Below are positions 26,501 through 35,901 of a stretch of DNA of 64,000 bases, piece after piece (positions within the stretch are counted from its first letter, which is position 1; each line of letters starts with the position of its first letter). The stretch comes from Actinomycetota bacterium (GTDB lineage Bacteria; Actinomycetota; Acidimicrobiia; Acidimicrobiales; JACCXE01), in NCBI GenBank assembly GCA_041166405.1, contig JBEEFV010000093.1, forward strand, positions 21,252 through 85,251, read 5' to 3'. Under the pieces are notes generated by a model. It made no database searches. It was not told the origin of the DNA and saw only the letters and a list, made by a program, of their open reading frames with translations. Position numbers and translations under genes: made by a program.

Positions 26501-29314
26501 GCGCTGTGGAACAAGGCGTACGCGCATTACCGCCTCGGTGAGCTGGACGAGGCCGTCCGCATCGGGCGCAGGTTGCACGAGAGCGCGACCGCCATGGGCG
26601 ACATGACCTCCGCCGGTCTCGGCTTGAGCGCGTGGTCGCGGGCGTCCGGTGGTCGAGTACCCGCAGAGTTCATCCGCACGCAACTCGAGTACGGACTGGC
26701 TGACGCGCAGACGGACGCCGAGGTCAACGTCGCCGACGGCATCCGCCTCATGAGCGAGGGGGAATACGGGGCCGCAGTGATGGTGCTCGAGGAAGCCGCC
26801 AGCATCGTGCGTTCCGCGGGGTTGCGTCAGGAGTACGTCGCGCCCGTACAGCCGTGGCTGGCGACGGCACTGCGCGAACTCGCGCAGTCGAAAGCGCCAT
26901 GGGACTTGGCTGAGCGCGGCGCCGCAATACGGCGGGGTAGGCGCGCGGTACGCAGCGCGCTCTTCGTCGCCTTCTGCTTCCGCAACAACTGGCCGCACGC
27001 ACTGCGAGAGGCCGCCCTGTACGCGGCGATCGTTGGTCGCGCGCGCAAGGCACAGCGTTTGATGCGCAAGAGCCTCGGCGCCGCGGTCGCGCAGGACGCG
27101 CAGTACGAGCGGCTTCTCACGCTGCGGGCCTGGGCATCGCTCGGCCTCGACGTCCAGGACACGCCGGCGGCTGTCGTGCTCGAGTCGATCCAAGCCGAGC
27201 TGGCGTTGCTCATGCCCGAGACGACGACCGTCGAAGCCGCCGACGCCGGCCCGGCGCCGTCGCTGTCGCTCATCGACCGGTTCGCGGCGCTTCTCGCCGC
27301 CGGCCGTGAAATCGCCGCGGCGCCAACAGCCGAAGGTGTTGCCGCTGCTGTCGAACACGCGTCGGTGGCGTTGCTGCGTGGCGAACGGTGCGAGGTGTTC
27401 GCGGTGACCGAGGACCATCCACGGCCGCAGAGTGTGAGCCGGACGATCGTGCGGCGCGCCATCGAAGAGCGGTCCGTGGTCGTGTGGTCAGCGTTGAACG
27501 GTGACACGCTCGACAGTTCCGACAGCATGGAACTTTCGGGCGTTCGATCCGCGCTGTGCGCGCCGATCGTGCGTGACGGCGAGGTCGTCGCGCTCGTGTA
27601 CGTCAGCCACGCGGGTTTCGAGGATCTCTTCGGTGAAGACGAGGTCCGCATTGCCGAGTTCATCGCGACGCTCGCCGGCGCGGCAATGGAACACGTCGCC
27701 AACACCGAAGCGGAGTTGCGGCAAATGCTCGACGACCTCACCGTCACGTCGTCGCTGCTCGAGGCCACTCTCGACGCGACGATCGACGGGATCCTCGTCG
27801 TCGACCGTTCCGGCCGAATGACGAGCTACAACCAACGCTTCGGTGAGATGTGGGGCATCCCGCCCGACGTGCTCGCCAGCCGCGACGACAAGGAAGCCAT
27901 CCGCTACGTGCTCGACTGCGTCGCCGATCCCGCGGCGTTCGTGGCCAAGATCGAGGAGTTGTACGCGTCGCCCGAGGCCGAGAGCTACGACATCATCGAG
28001 TTCAAGGACGGCCGCGTGTTCGAACGCGGTTCGAAGCCCCAACGCATCGGCGACGACACTGTTGGCCGCGTGTGGAGCTTCCGCGAGGTGACCGAACGCG
28101 TTCGCACCGAGCAGGCACTCGCCGTTGCCCGCGACAAGGCGATGGAGGCGAGCCGTCTCAAGTCGGAATTCGTCGCCACGACGAGCCACGAGATTCGCAC
28201 GCCGATGAACGGTGTCATCGGCCTCACGGGTCTTTTACTGGAGACGAGCCTCGACGACGTGCAGCGTGAGTACGCGGAGGGCGTTCGCATGTCGGCCGAA
28301 GCGCTGCTCGGCGTGATCAACGACATCCTCGACTTCTCGAAGATCGAAGCCGGCAAGCTCGAACTCGAGAACATCGACTTCGAATTGCCGCTCGCTCTCG
28401 ACGACGTGGCGGGTCTCGTCGCGCGTGGCGCCGCCGCGAAACATCTCGACCTCGGGTGGGACTGCGACCGCGACGTGCCGACCGGCGTTCGCGGTGACGT
28501 CGGTCGACTGCGTCAGATCCTGCTGAACCTCGTGGCGAATGCCGTCAAGTTCACCGAGCGCGGCGGCGTGCGCCTGCACGTCAGCCGTACGCGCACCCTC
28601 GACGACGGCCGATCGATGCTGCGGTTCGAAGTGATCGACACCGGCGTCGGCCTCCGCCCGCAGGACAGCGCGCGCTTGTTCGAGCCGTTCTCGCAGGCCG
28701 ACGCGTCGACGACCCGGAAGTTCGGGGGCACCGGTCTCGGGCTCGCGATTTGCGCCCGGCTCGCCGAGGCGATGGGCGGCACGATCGGAGTCGAGAGCGA
28801 GTTCGGCGTCGGCTCCACGTTCTGGGTCGAGTTGCCGTTCACGCTCGTCGACTTGGCGGCGCGCGACGCCGCGGTTCCGGCCGCGCCCGTGCCGTTGCAC
28901 CCCGTCGATCCGCCGCGCGCCAGCGCGCGGGTCCTCGTCGCCGAAGACAACGCCATCAACCAATTGGTGGCGAAGGAGATGATCCGTCGGCTCGGCTACG
29001 AGTGCGACGTGGTCGCCAACGGCGCCGAGGCGCTGGAAGCGCTGCGTTTGCGCAGGTACGCGGCAGTGTTGATGGACTGCTACATGCCGGAAATGGACGG
29101 GTTCGCGGCGACGCGCGAATTGCGCGAGCGCGAACGCGCCGCCGGGGTCACCCCCACGCCGGTGATCGCCATGACGGCGTTGGCGATGGCAGAGGACCGC
29201 GAGCGCTGCACCGAATCCGGCATGGACGACTACGTCTCGAAACCCATCAATCTCACCGCGCTCGGTTCGACGCTGGAACGGTGGGCCTCGGGCCGGGCCG
29301 CCGCCACCGCGTAG
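23552..29314 (+). CDS. Multidomain signalling protein: Ser/Thr kinase, AAA/STAND NTPase, helical repeats, GAF, PAS, HisKA/HATPase_c, receiver
   Basis: ATG at 23552. HRDVKPANV (23951), DFGFAR, APE. Walker A ESGGGKSRL (about 24561), LLDDCQWAD. GAF about 27.4-27.7 kb, PAS about 27.75-28.1 kb. H-box SHEIRTPMNGV (about 28.18 kb), GGTGLGLAI. REC: VLVAEDN...LMDCYMPEMDG...SKP. Confidence 0.9.
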   Translation: MAEDAFARPLLGGRYRCDRLIKSGSGVETFAGVDIESRSPIIVKRVAAASRMDPAWVRLAHEAEVLRRLESRSFRAPVTTGREDGFFYLVRPSVDGISLAERLNRGPLSIASALRVGTNLLDALQQAHDNHVLHRDVKPANVIVDESESVERVVLIDFGFARSPTLDSDVRDQRVGTARYLAPEAAGLLEREVDERSDLYAFGVVLFECIAGRAPFEASDVGQLLRMHLNAPPPALRELRPDVPRALDAVVQRLLRKDPAERYQSASAALADLRAIEEAIARGNADPAIVVGAHDNRPVLTEPAFVGRSAELAVLAHSVDVAADGEGGLVLLEAESGGGKSRLLDELALRIGADAWVLRGQGVDQGAQRPFQVLEGLVQAINKAAADDANVLEVLRAGVGDRAEAVVAALPDLAETFNIDAHVNLGPEAYGETRSIAAINVLLHSLGETGRPAIVLLDDCQWADASTLKLLAEWPTESRCRTVVIAAFRTEEVPASHALRKGRPIAHVSLTAFGTADVESLAESMAGTLPAAAIETVAALSEGSPFMAAAVLRGLVETGALVHEARGWRVDAARLADVQTSRRAALFLVRRLELLGPTTLELLTVGAILGKEFDADLAAELCGQDADTVAVGLSEAARRRIVWPEEATGRVRFLHDKLREALLSRLSADERATLHLRAATRIEALDAGRTFELAYHFDAARRDDLALPYALRAAESARAQHSLDVALRNYRIAEAALRANGSDADRAAVAEALGDVLMLQGTYDEAAAQLTSALDHASTVDRRAALMGKLGEVAFKKGDQRLARTHLESAVHELRGRLPRNSVTLLCALVFEVVVQAAHSIAPRLFVGRRKLEGAEREFLVLRLYSRLAYVYWFSAGKVACAWAHLREMNMAERYPPTAELAQAYSEHAPVMTMAPWFKRGLDYVERSLRIRTDLGDLWGQGQSLNFYGVTLYAASRHREAIEKLDEAYRLLDQTGDRWEANVALWNKAYAHYRLGELDEAVRIGRRLHESATAMGDMTSAGLGLSAWSRASGGRVPAEFIRTQLEYGLADAQTDAEVNVADGIRLMSEGEYGAAVMVLEEAASIVRSAGLRQEYVAPVQPWLATALRELAQSKAPWDLAERGAAIRRGRRAVRSALFVAFCFRNNWPHALREAALYAAIVGRARKAQRLMRKSLGAAVAQDAQYERLLTLRAWASLGLDVQDTPAAVVLESIQAELALLMPETTTVEAADAGPAPSLSLIDRFAALLAAGREIAAAPTAEGVAAAVEHASVALLRGERCEVFAVTEDHPRPQSVSRTIVRRAIEERSVVVWSALNGDTLDSSDSMELSGVRSALCAPIVRDGEVVALVYVSHAGFEDLFGEDEVRIAEFIATLAGAAMEHVANTEAELRQMLDDLTVTSSLLEATLDATIDGILVVDRSGRMTSYNQRFGEMWGIPPDVLASRDDKEAIRYVLDCVADPAAFVAKIEELYASPEAESYDIIEFKDGRVFERGSKPQRIGDDTVGRVWSFREVTERVRTEQALAVARDKAMEASRLKSEFVATTSHEIRTPMNGVIGLTGLLLETSLDDVQREYAEGVRMSAEALLGVINDILDFSKIEAGKLELENIDFELPLALDDVAGLVARGAAAKHLDLGWDCDRDVPTGVRGDVGRLRQILLNLVANAVKFTERGGVRLHVSRTRTLDDGRSMLRFEVIDTGVGLRPQDSARLFEPFSQADASTTRKFGGTGLGLAICARLAEAMGGTIGVESEFGVGSTFWVELPFTLVDLAARDAAVPAAPVPLHPVDPPRASARVLVAEDNAINQLVAKEMIRRLGYECDVVANGAEALEALRLRRYAAVLMDCYMPEMDGFAATRELRERERAAGVTPTPVIAMTALAMAEDRERCTESGMDDYVSKPINLTALGSTLERWASGRAAATA

Positions 29315-29364
29315 CCATTCCGTGTCGGGGTTTCTTCCCCCCGCCGGTACACTGCTCACCTCTT

Positions 29365-30702
29365 ATGAAGGCTGTCGCTGAACCCCTTGAGGGCAACAAG
29401 GTCAAGCTGTCCGTCGAGGTCGACGAGGCCGAATTCGAAAAAGCCGTTGACGCTGCGTTCCGCCGCTTGGCGCGCGAAGTCAAAGTCGACGGCTTCCGTC
29501 CGGGCAAAGCGCCGCGCCGCGTGCTCGAAGCCAAGCTCGGCGCCGGCGTGGCGCGCGAAGAGGCGTTGCGCGAAGCACTGCCCGGTTACTACGAGAATGC
29601 GCTACGCGAAACCGAAACCGACGCGATAGCGCAGCCCGAAATCGACGTCACTGCGGGGCAAGAGACCGGGCCGCTCACGTTCGACGCCGTCGTCGAGATC
29701 CGCCCCGTCATCACGGTGCCCGGCTACGACACGCTGAAGGTCGTCGTCCCGAGCCCCGAGCCATCCGAAGAAGACGTCAACGCACAGATCGATCGCCTGC
29801 GCAACCAGGGAGCCGAACTGAACGACGTCGATCGCGCCGCGCGCAAGGGCGACGCCGTCGTGCTCGACATCCACGGCACGCAGAACGACGAATCCGTGCC
29901 CGGTCTCGACGCCACCGATCTCACGTACGAAGTCGGCAGCGGGACGCTCGTCGACGGGCTCGACGATGCGATCACCGGCGCCAAGGCGGGCGACGCCGCC
30001 GCGTTCTCCACCGAAGTTCCCGGCCACGAAGGTGCCGTCGACTTCAAGGCGCTCGTGAAGGGCGTGAAGGAAAAGGTGCTGCCCGAAGTCACCGACGAGT
30101 GGGCGAGCGAAGTCTCCGAGTTCGACACGGTCGAAGAGTTGCGCGCTGATCTCGTCAAGCGGATGACCGCTGTTCGACTCGCCAACGCGCAGATGGCGTT
30201 GCGCTCCGGCACGGCGCAAGCGCTGGCGGATCTCGTCGTCGACGTGATGCCCGACGCGTTGATCGACGGCGAAGTGTCGCGTCGCATCGACGACCTCGCG
30301 CATCGTCTGTCGCATCAGGGCGCGACGCTGCAGCAGTGGCTCGAGGCCACGGGTCAGTCGCCCGAGGAGTTCATCGCCGGCCACCGCGAGGACGCCGCGT
30401 CGAGCGTGAAGGTCGACCTGGCGCTGCGCGCCGTCGTCGTCGCCGAGGGCATCGACATCTCCGACGACGAACTCGACGAAGAACTCACGAAGGTCGCCGA
30501 AGACGCAGGCGAGAAGCCTGCCAAGTTGCGCAAGCAACTCGAGACCAACGGCGTGCTGCCGCTGGTCAAGCTCGACCTCGCGAAAGCCAAAGCACTCCAG
30601 TGGCTGATCGACCATGCTGAGGTGGTCGACGAAGAAGGCAATCCCGTAGACGTCGCGGCGCTCACAGCGGCACCCGACCAGGAAGAGGAGCAACAGGACT
30701 GA
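29365..30702 (+). CDS. tig: Trigger factor
   Basis: ATG at 29365 ([19 protein letters not shown]). [12 protein letters not shown] motif. Positioned upstream of clpP-clpX. 445 aa. Confidence 0.95.
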   Translation: MKAVAEPLEGNKVKLSVEVDEAEFEKAVDAAFRRLAREVKVDGFRPGKAPRRVLEAKLGAGVAREEALREALPGYYENALRETETDAIAQPEIDVTAGQETGPLTFDAVVEIRPVITVPGYDTLKVVVPSPEPSEEDVNAQIDRLRNQGAELNDVDRAARKGDAVVLDIHGTQNDESVPGLDATDLTYEVGSGTLVDGLDDAITGAKAGDAAAFSTEVPGHEGAVDFKALVKGVKEKVLPEVTDEWASEVSEFDTVEELRADLVKRMTAVRLANAQMALRSGTAQALADLVVDVMPDALIDGEVSRRIDDLAHRLSHQGATLQQWLEATGQSPEEFIAGHREDAASSVKVDLALRAVVVAEGIDISDDELDEELTKVAEDAGEKPAKLRKQLETNGVLPLVKLDLAKAKALQWLIDHAEVVDEEGNPVDVAALTAAPDQEEEQQD

Positions 30703-31331
30703 TGGAGCCGATCTACAACTACCTGGTACCGACGGTTGTCGAGAGTTCGAGCCGAGGCGAGCGCGCCTACGACCTGTACTCGCGCATGCTCAAAGAGCAC
30801 GTGATCTTCCTGGGCACGCCGATCGACGACACGATTTCCAACCTCGTCTGCGCGCAGATGTTGTTCTTGGAGTCGGAGAACGCCGATAAGCCGATCTCGC
30901 TCTACATCAACTCACCGGGCGGTGAAATCACGGCGCTGCTGGCGATTTACGACACCATGCGGTACGTCGGCAACGAGATCCACACGTTCTGTTACGGCCA
31001 GGCGGCTTCGGCGGCCGCCGTGCTGCTTGCTGGAGGCACCAAGGGTCGCCGCTATGCGCTGCCCCACGCCCGTATCCTGATGCATCAGCCCTACGGCGGC
31101 GCCGCCGGACAGGCCACCGACATCGAGATCCAGGCCAAGGAGATCCTCCGGATGAAGGACTTGCTCAACCAGATGCTGGCGGAAGACACCGGTCAGCCGT
31201 TTGAGCGCGTGTCAAAGGACACCGAGCGCGACTTCATCATGAGTGCAGAAGAAGCGCAGGCCTACGGCGTTATCGATGAAGTGATTTCCACCCGTCTTCC
31301 GGTGACCGAGCACGCGCTCGGCGCGGCATAG
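30702..31331 (+). CDS. clpP: ATP-dependent Clp protease proteolytic subunit (paralogue 2)
   Basis: [25 protein letters not shown] (Ser), RILMHQPYG (His). TGATG overlap with tig. Confidence 0.95.
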   Translation: MEPIYNYLVPTVVESSSRGERAYDLYSRMLKEHVIFLGTPIDDTISNLVCAQMLFLESENADKPISLYINSPGGEITALLAIYDTMRYVGNEIHTFCYGQAASAAAVLLAGGTKGRRYALPHARILMHQPYGGAAGQATDIEIQAKEILRMKDLLNQMLAEDTGQPFERVSKDTERDFIMSAEEAQAYGVIDEVISTRLPVTEHALGAA

Positions 31332-31340
31332 GAGTAACCA

Positions 31341-32609
31341 GTGGCTCGTCTCGGCGACGGAAGCGATCTCGTCAAGTGCAGCTTCTGCGGCAAAACGCAG
31401 AAGCAGGTCAAGAAGTTGATCGCCGGCCCCGGTGTGTACATCTGCGATGAGTGCATCGAGTTGTGCAACGACATCATCGAAGAGGACCTGGCGGAAGCGA
31501 GCGAGCTCAAGTTCGAAGAGCTGCCCAAGCCCCGCGAGATCTTCTCGTTCCTCGACGACTACGTCGTCGGTCAGGAACACGCCAAGAAAATCCTGTCGGT
31601 CGCGGTCTACAACCACTACAAGCGCGTGCAGGCGGGCGCACACGACCCCGAGGTCGAACTCGGCAAGTCGAACATCCTGCTGATCGGGCCGACGGGCTGC
31701 GGCAAGACGTATCTCGCGCAGACGCTGGCGCGCATGCTGAACGTGCCGTTCGCCATCGCCGACGCCACGGCGCTGACCGAGGCCGGCTACGTCGGCGAAG
31801 ACGTCGAGAACATCCTCCTGAAGCTCATCCAGGCTGCCGACTACGACGTCAAGAAGGCCGAGACCGGCATCATCTACATCGACGAGATCGACAAGATCGC
31901 CCGCAAGAGCGAGAACCCGTCGATCACTCGGGACGTGTCGGGCGAAGGCGTGCAGCAGGCGTTGCTCAAGATCCTCGAGGGCACGACCGCTTCGGTACCG
32001 CCGCAGGGCGGGCGCAAGCACCCGCACCAAGAGTTCATCCAGATCGACACGGGCAACATCCTGTTCATTTGCGGCGGCGCGTTCGCCGGTATGGACAAGA
32101 TCATCGAGAGCCGCATCGGCAAGACCGGCATTGGCTTCGGTGCCACCATCAACCGCCGCTCGAACGACGTCGGCGAGCTGATGCTGCAGGTGCAGCCCGA
32201 AGACCTGCTCAAGTTCGGGCTCATCCCCGAGTTCGTCGGCCGTCTCCCCGTCATCGGCGCGGTGTCCAACCTCGACAAGGACGCCCTGGTGCGCATCCTC
32301 GTCGAGCCGAAGAACGCCGTGGTCAAGCAGTACCAGCGCATGTTCGAGCTCGACGGCGTGCAACTCGAGATGACCGACGACGCGCTCGAGGCCGTTTCGG
32401 AACAGGCGCTGCTGCGCGGCACCGGTGCCCGCGGTCTGCGCGCGATCCTCGAAGAGGTGCTGCTCGACGTCATGTACGACGTGCCGAGCCGCACCGACGT
32501 CGGCAAGTGCGTCGTCGACCGCTCCGTCGTGCTCGACAAGGTCGCGCCGACGCTCACCCCGCGGGCGGACACACCCCCCACGGACAAGCCCCGCCGCGCC
32601 GCTTCCTGA
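31341..32609 (+). CDS. clpX: ATP-dependent Clp protease ATP-binding subunit ClpX
   Basis: Zinc finger CSFCGK...CDECIELC, Walker [21 protein letters not shown]. 422 aa. Confidence 0.97.
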   Translation: MARLGDGSDLVKCSFCGKTQKQVKKLIAGPGVYICDECIELCNDIIEEDLAEASELKFEELPKPREIFSFLDDYVVGQEHAKKILSVAVYNHYKRVQAGAHDPEVELGKSNILLIGPTGCGKTYLAQTLARMLNVPFAIADATALTEAGYVGEDVENILLKLIQAADYDVKKAETGIIYIDEIDKIARKSENPSITRDVSGEGVQQALLKILEGTTASVPPQGGRKHPHQEFIQIDTGNILFICGGAFAGMDKIIESRIGKTGIGFGATINRRSNDVGELMLQVQPEDLLKFGLIPEFVGRLPVIGAVSNLDKDALVRILVEPKNAVVKQYQRMFELDGVQLEMTDDALEAVSEQALLRGTGARGLRAILEEVLLDVMYDVPSRTDVGKCVVDRSVVLDKVAPTLTPRADTPPTDKPRRAAS

Positions 32610-32620
32610 CGCACCAACCC

Positions 32621-32670
32621 AAAGTTGTGTTCTGTCGCACGTGAATCGTGTGCCACAGAACACAAGTTTC
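32621..32670. terminator. Long imperfect hairpin downstream of clpX
   Basis: aaagttgtgttctgtcg ... ccacagaacacaagttt: 17-nt arms with 2 mismatches and an inner gcacg/cgtg(t)gc pairing. AT-rich relative to its surroundings. Confidence 0.5.
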
Positions 32671-32695
32671 TTCCCCGCCTAGGCTCCGCGGCGTT

Positions 32696-34069
32696 ATGAC
32701 GTTGACCCGGTTGTTGGTCGCGCCTGCGGTGCTGGCTGGGGAGCCCGACGCGGTGGCGCTGCGCGCTGCTGGCGTTGCCGCGGAGCGCCGCTTCGACACC
32801 GAGGGTGAGACCGAGCTGATCGTCGGCACGCTCGAGGGCGACTTGGCGTCGCAACACGCCGTCGAGAGCGAACTGGCGCGCGAGGGGCTCGACCGCACCG
32901 TCATCGGCCGCGACGCGTTCGTCGAACGCGTGCGCGAGACCGAAGCGCGCCACCGCTCCGCGTTGCGCGACGCGCTCACCGACGCCGGCATCCCCGCTGA
33001 CATCGAGCTGGGTCGCACCGCAGACGAGATCGTGTTGCGCGCGGCGCGCATCGCCTTCGTGCGCCTGTACGACGCCGGTCTGCTCGAACACGCCGAACGC
33101 GTCGTCGACATTTGCGCGCGCTGCCAGACGGTCGTCGAACCGAGCGACGCCGCCGCGGTGCCGACCGAAGTCGTCCGCTACACGCTCGCGCTCGACGGAG
33201 TCGAGGTTGCGATTACCGACGCCGAACTGTTGCCCGGTGTGGTGGCGGTCGCGGTGCCCGCCGGACACGCTGCGGCGGGCACGACGGTCCGCGTGCCGCT
33301 CGGCCACGACGTCCCCGTCGTCGCCGACGACGCCACCGACGCGCCGTGGTTCGTCGTCCCGGCGCACGCCGGGCGTGCGCTCGACTTCGCCCGGCAACAC
33401 GGCCTCACACCGCTTCCCGTCCTCGACAGCGACGGCGTGGTCGTGAGCGAAGGCCCGTTGGCCGGACTGGCGCGCTACGCGGCGCGCGCCGCGGCCGCGG
33501 AGTTGCTGCGCGCCGAGGGCGTCGTGCTCGCCGAGCAAGTCGACACCGTCGACGACCTCCGCTGCGGGCGCTGCGCCACGTCGCTCACCCCCGTCCTCGG
33601 CCCGCACTGGTTCCTGCGGACGGCGGACCTCGAGATTGCGGCCGCCGATGCGATCCGCGGCGGCGCCGTCCAGATCGACGACGTGGAAACCCGCGATCGT
33701 TTCGTCGACCGCGCCGAGCGCGCCGATTCTTGGTGCCTATCGCACCAGGTGTGGGCGGGCGATGCGGTGCCGGCGGCGCGCTGCATCGACTGCGGCCAGA
33801 TCGCCGTCACTGCCGAGCCGTCGTCGTCGTGCGGGAAGTGCATGGGCGAACTCGTGCCGACCGAAGACGTGCTCGACGCCAGGTTCATCGCGGCGCTGTG
33901 GCCGCTGGCGCTCGCCGGCTGGCCCGTCGAGGAGCAGCGCGCCGATCGCAGCGTCGTGTTCGCCGGTCCCGATGACGTGACGGGATTCGCTTTGCCCGTC
34001 GCCGCGCTCGGTTTGCGCCTCGCCGGCGCCGTCCCGTACGACGAACTCGTGAGCGTGCACACCGAATGA
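32696..34069 (+). CDS. ValRS-derived degenerate and truncated protein (pseudo-synthetase or relic)
   Basis: Colinear with class Ia ValRS from the HIGH region to just before KMSKS ([50 protein letters not shown]), but the signature residues are replaced. The stop overlaps the folC ATG. Confidence 0.7.
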   Translation: MTLTRLLVAPAVLAGEPDAVALRAAGVAAERRFDTEGETELIVGTLEGDLASQHAVESELAREGLDRTVIGRDAFVERVRETEARHRSALRDALTDAGIPADIELGRTADEIVLRAARIAFVRLYDAGLLEHAERVVDICARCQTVVEPSDAAAVPTEVVRYTLALDGVEVAITDAELLPGVVAVAVPAGHAAAGTTVRVPLGHDVPVVADDATDAPWFVVPAHAGRALDFARQHGLTPLPVLDSDGVVVSEGPLAGLARYAARAAAAELLRAEGVVLAEQVDTVDDLRCGRCATSLTPVLGPHWFLRTADLEIAAADAIRGGAVQIDDVETRDRFVDRAERADSWCLSHQVWAGDAVPAARCIDCGQIAVTAEPSSSCGKCMGELVPTEDVLDARFIAALWPLALAGWPVEEQRADRSVVFAGPDDVTGFALPVAALGLRLAGAVPYDELVSVHTE

Positions 34070-35364
34070 ATTTCGAAGAGGCGGTCGCGTTCCTCGACGA
34101 GCACATCAACATGGAAAAGATGCTGGCGGGGGAGCGCGCGACTGCCCCGACGCTCGAACGGATCCGCGAACTGTTGCGGCTGCTCGGCGATCCCGAGCAG
34201 CAATACCCGATCGTTCACGTGACGGGGACGAACGGCAAGACGTCGACGGCTCGCGCCATCGGACGGTTGCTGATGGCGCACGACCTGTCGGTCGGCACGT
34301 ACACCAGCCCGCACGTCGTGTCGTTGACCGAACGCATCCTGCGCGACGACGAGCCCATCGCGCCCGACGAGTTCGCGTTGCTGATCGCGCAGTTGGCGCG
34401 GCTCGAACCGCTGCTGACGGAACGCGCCACCTGGTTCGAGCTCATAACCGCTGCCGCCTACGCACACTTCGCCGACATCGCCGTGAACGCCGCGGTGATC
34501 GAAGTCGGCCTCGGTGGAACGTGGGACGCCACGAACGCGGCAAACGGCGCCGTCGCCGTCGTCACGTCAGTTGGGCTCGATCACATGGAGTTCCTGGGTG
34601 ACACCCCGGAGGACGTCGCCGCGGAGAAGTCGGGGATCATCAAGGAAGGCGCCGACGTCGTCGTCGGCTACCTCGACGACGGACCGCGCGAAGTGATCGA
34701 CATCGCGGCGCGCGTCAACGGTGCCGCCAGCGTCGTACACGCCGGTGACGAGTTCGCGGTGACGAGCGATCGCGTCGCCATCGGTGGACGGCTGCTGTCG
34801 GTGCGCACGTCGCGGGCGCGATACGACGAGATCTTCATGCCGCTGCACGGCGCGCATCAGTCGGAGAATCTCGCGTGCGCCATCGCGGCGACGGAGGCGT
34901 TCTTCGACCGGCCGCTCAACGAGGAATTGGTGATCGCCGCCGCCGCGGGCCTCACTGCGCCGGGTCGCCTCGAGGTGATCGGGCGCAATCCGCTCGTGAT
35001 CCTCGACGGCACGAAGAACGAGATGGGTGCCGCCGCCGTCAAGGCGGCGCTCGATGAGGAGTGGTCGACGGTGTCCCCGCGCGTGCTGGTGGTCGGACTC
35101 CTGAAAGGCAAAGGCAAGGACCCCAAGGCGCTGCTCGACGCTCTCGGCGCGCGCAGCGCCAAGCTCGTGATCGCGGTACCCGCGCCGTCGCCGCGCGCGA
35201 TGGACGCCGACGAGATCGCAGCCGCCGCCCGTGAACTCGGGGTGCACGCGGAGACGGCGTCGTCGGTCGACGAAGGTCTCGCCCGCGCCAAGTTCGAAGC
35301 CGGCGCCGACGGCCTCGTCCTCGTCGCCGGCTCCCTCTACGTCGCCGGCGCCGCCTCTCACTGA
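34066..35364 (+). CDS. folC: Folylpolyglutamate synthase / dihydrofolate synthase
   Basis: VTGTNGKTSTA P-loop. 432 aa. Conserved position before ndk. Confidence 0.92.
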   Translation: MNFEEAVAFLDEHINMEKMLAGERATAPTLERIRELLRLLGDPEQQYPIVHVTGTNGKTSTARAIGRLLMAHDLSVGTYTSPHVVSLTERILRDDEPIAPDEFALLIAQLARLEPLLTERATWFELITAAAYAHFADIAVNAAVIEVGLGGTWDATNAANGAVAVVTSVGLDHMEFLGDTPEDVAAEKSGIIKEGADVVVGYLDDGPREVIDIAARVNGAASVVHAGDEFAVTSDRVAIGGRLLSVRTSRARYDEIFMPLHGAHQSENLACAIAATEAFFDRPLNEELVIAAAAGLTAPGRLEVIGRNPLVILDGTKNEMGAAAVKAALDEEWSTVSPRVLVVGLLKGKGKDPKALLDALGARSAKLVIAVPAPSPRAMDADEIAAAARELGVHAETASSVDEGLARAKFEAGADGLVLVAGSLYVAGAASH

Positions 35365-35411
35365 CTTTCTGAATCTGATGCTCACGTGGTGTGCATAGAT
35401 GTCAGAAAGTC
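35363..35411. other. AT-rich bulged hairpin between folC and ndk
   Basis: gactttctga (35363-35372) pairs perfectly with tcagaaagtc (35402-35411). The stem extends inward with bulges (atctgatgc / gcatagat). Confidence 0.4.
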
Positions 35412-35440
35412 CGTGACCGGGCATTAGCCTCGCCGCCGCT

Positions 35441-35851
35441 ATGGCAGACCGTACGTTCGTTATTTGTAAGCCCGACGCCGTGGAACGCGGCCTTGCGGGC
35501 GAGATCATCCGCCGATTCGAGAACAAGGGGCTCAAGATCGTCGCCGCCGAGTTGCGCACGATCGACGCCGACACTGCCGGCAAGCACTACGCCGAGCACG
35601 CCGAGAAGCCCTTTTTCGGGGACCTGGTGAGCTTCATCGGCCGTAGTCCGGCGATGTTGCTCGTACTCGAAGGCCCCGAAGACACCTGGAAGGTCGTCCG
35701 CACGATGATGGGCGTCACCAATCCGCGTGACGCGGGGCCCGGGACGATCCGCGGCGACTACGGGATCGAATTGACCGAGAACCTGGTGCACGGCAGCGAC
35801 GGGCCGGAGTCGGCCGCACGCGAGATCGCACTGTTCTTCCCAGCCCTGTAG
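35441..35851 (+). CDS. ndk: Nucleoside diphosphate kinase
   Basis: RTFVICKPDAVERGL, NLVHGSD (active-site His). 136 aa. Confidence 0.97.
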   Translation: MADRTFVICKPDAVERGLAGEIIRRFENKGLKIVAAELRTIDADTAGKHYAEHAEKPFFGDLVSFIGRSPAMLLVLEGPEDTWKVVRTMMGVTNPRDAGPGTIRGDYGIELTENLVHGSDGPESAAREIALFFPAL

Positions 35852-35901
35852 CCTGACGGACTTCCGAGGGGGGACCCCGATCCCTTGCGGAGCCCGTCTA
35901 C

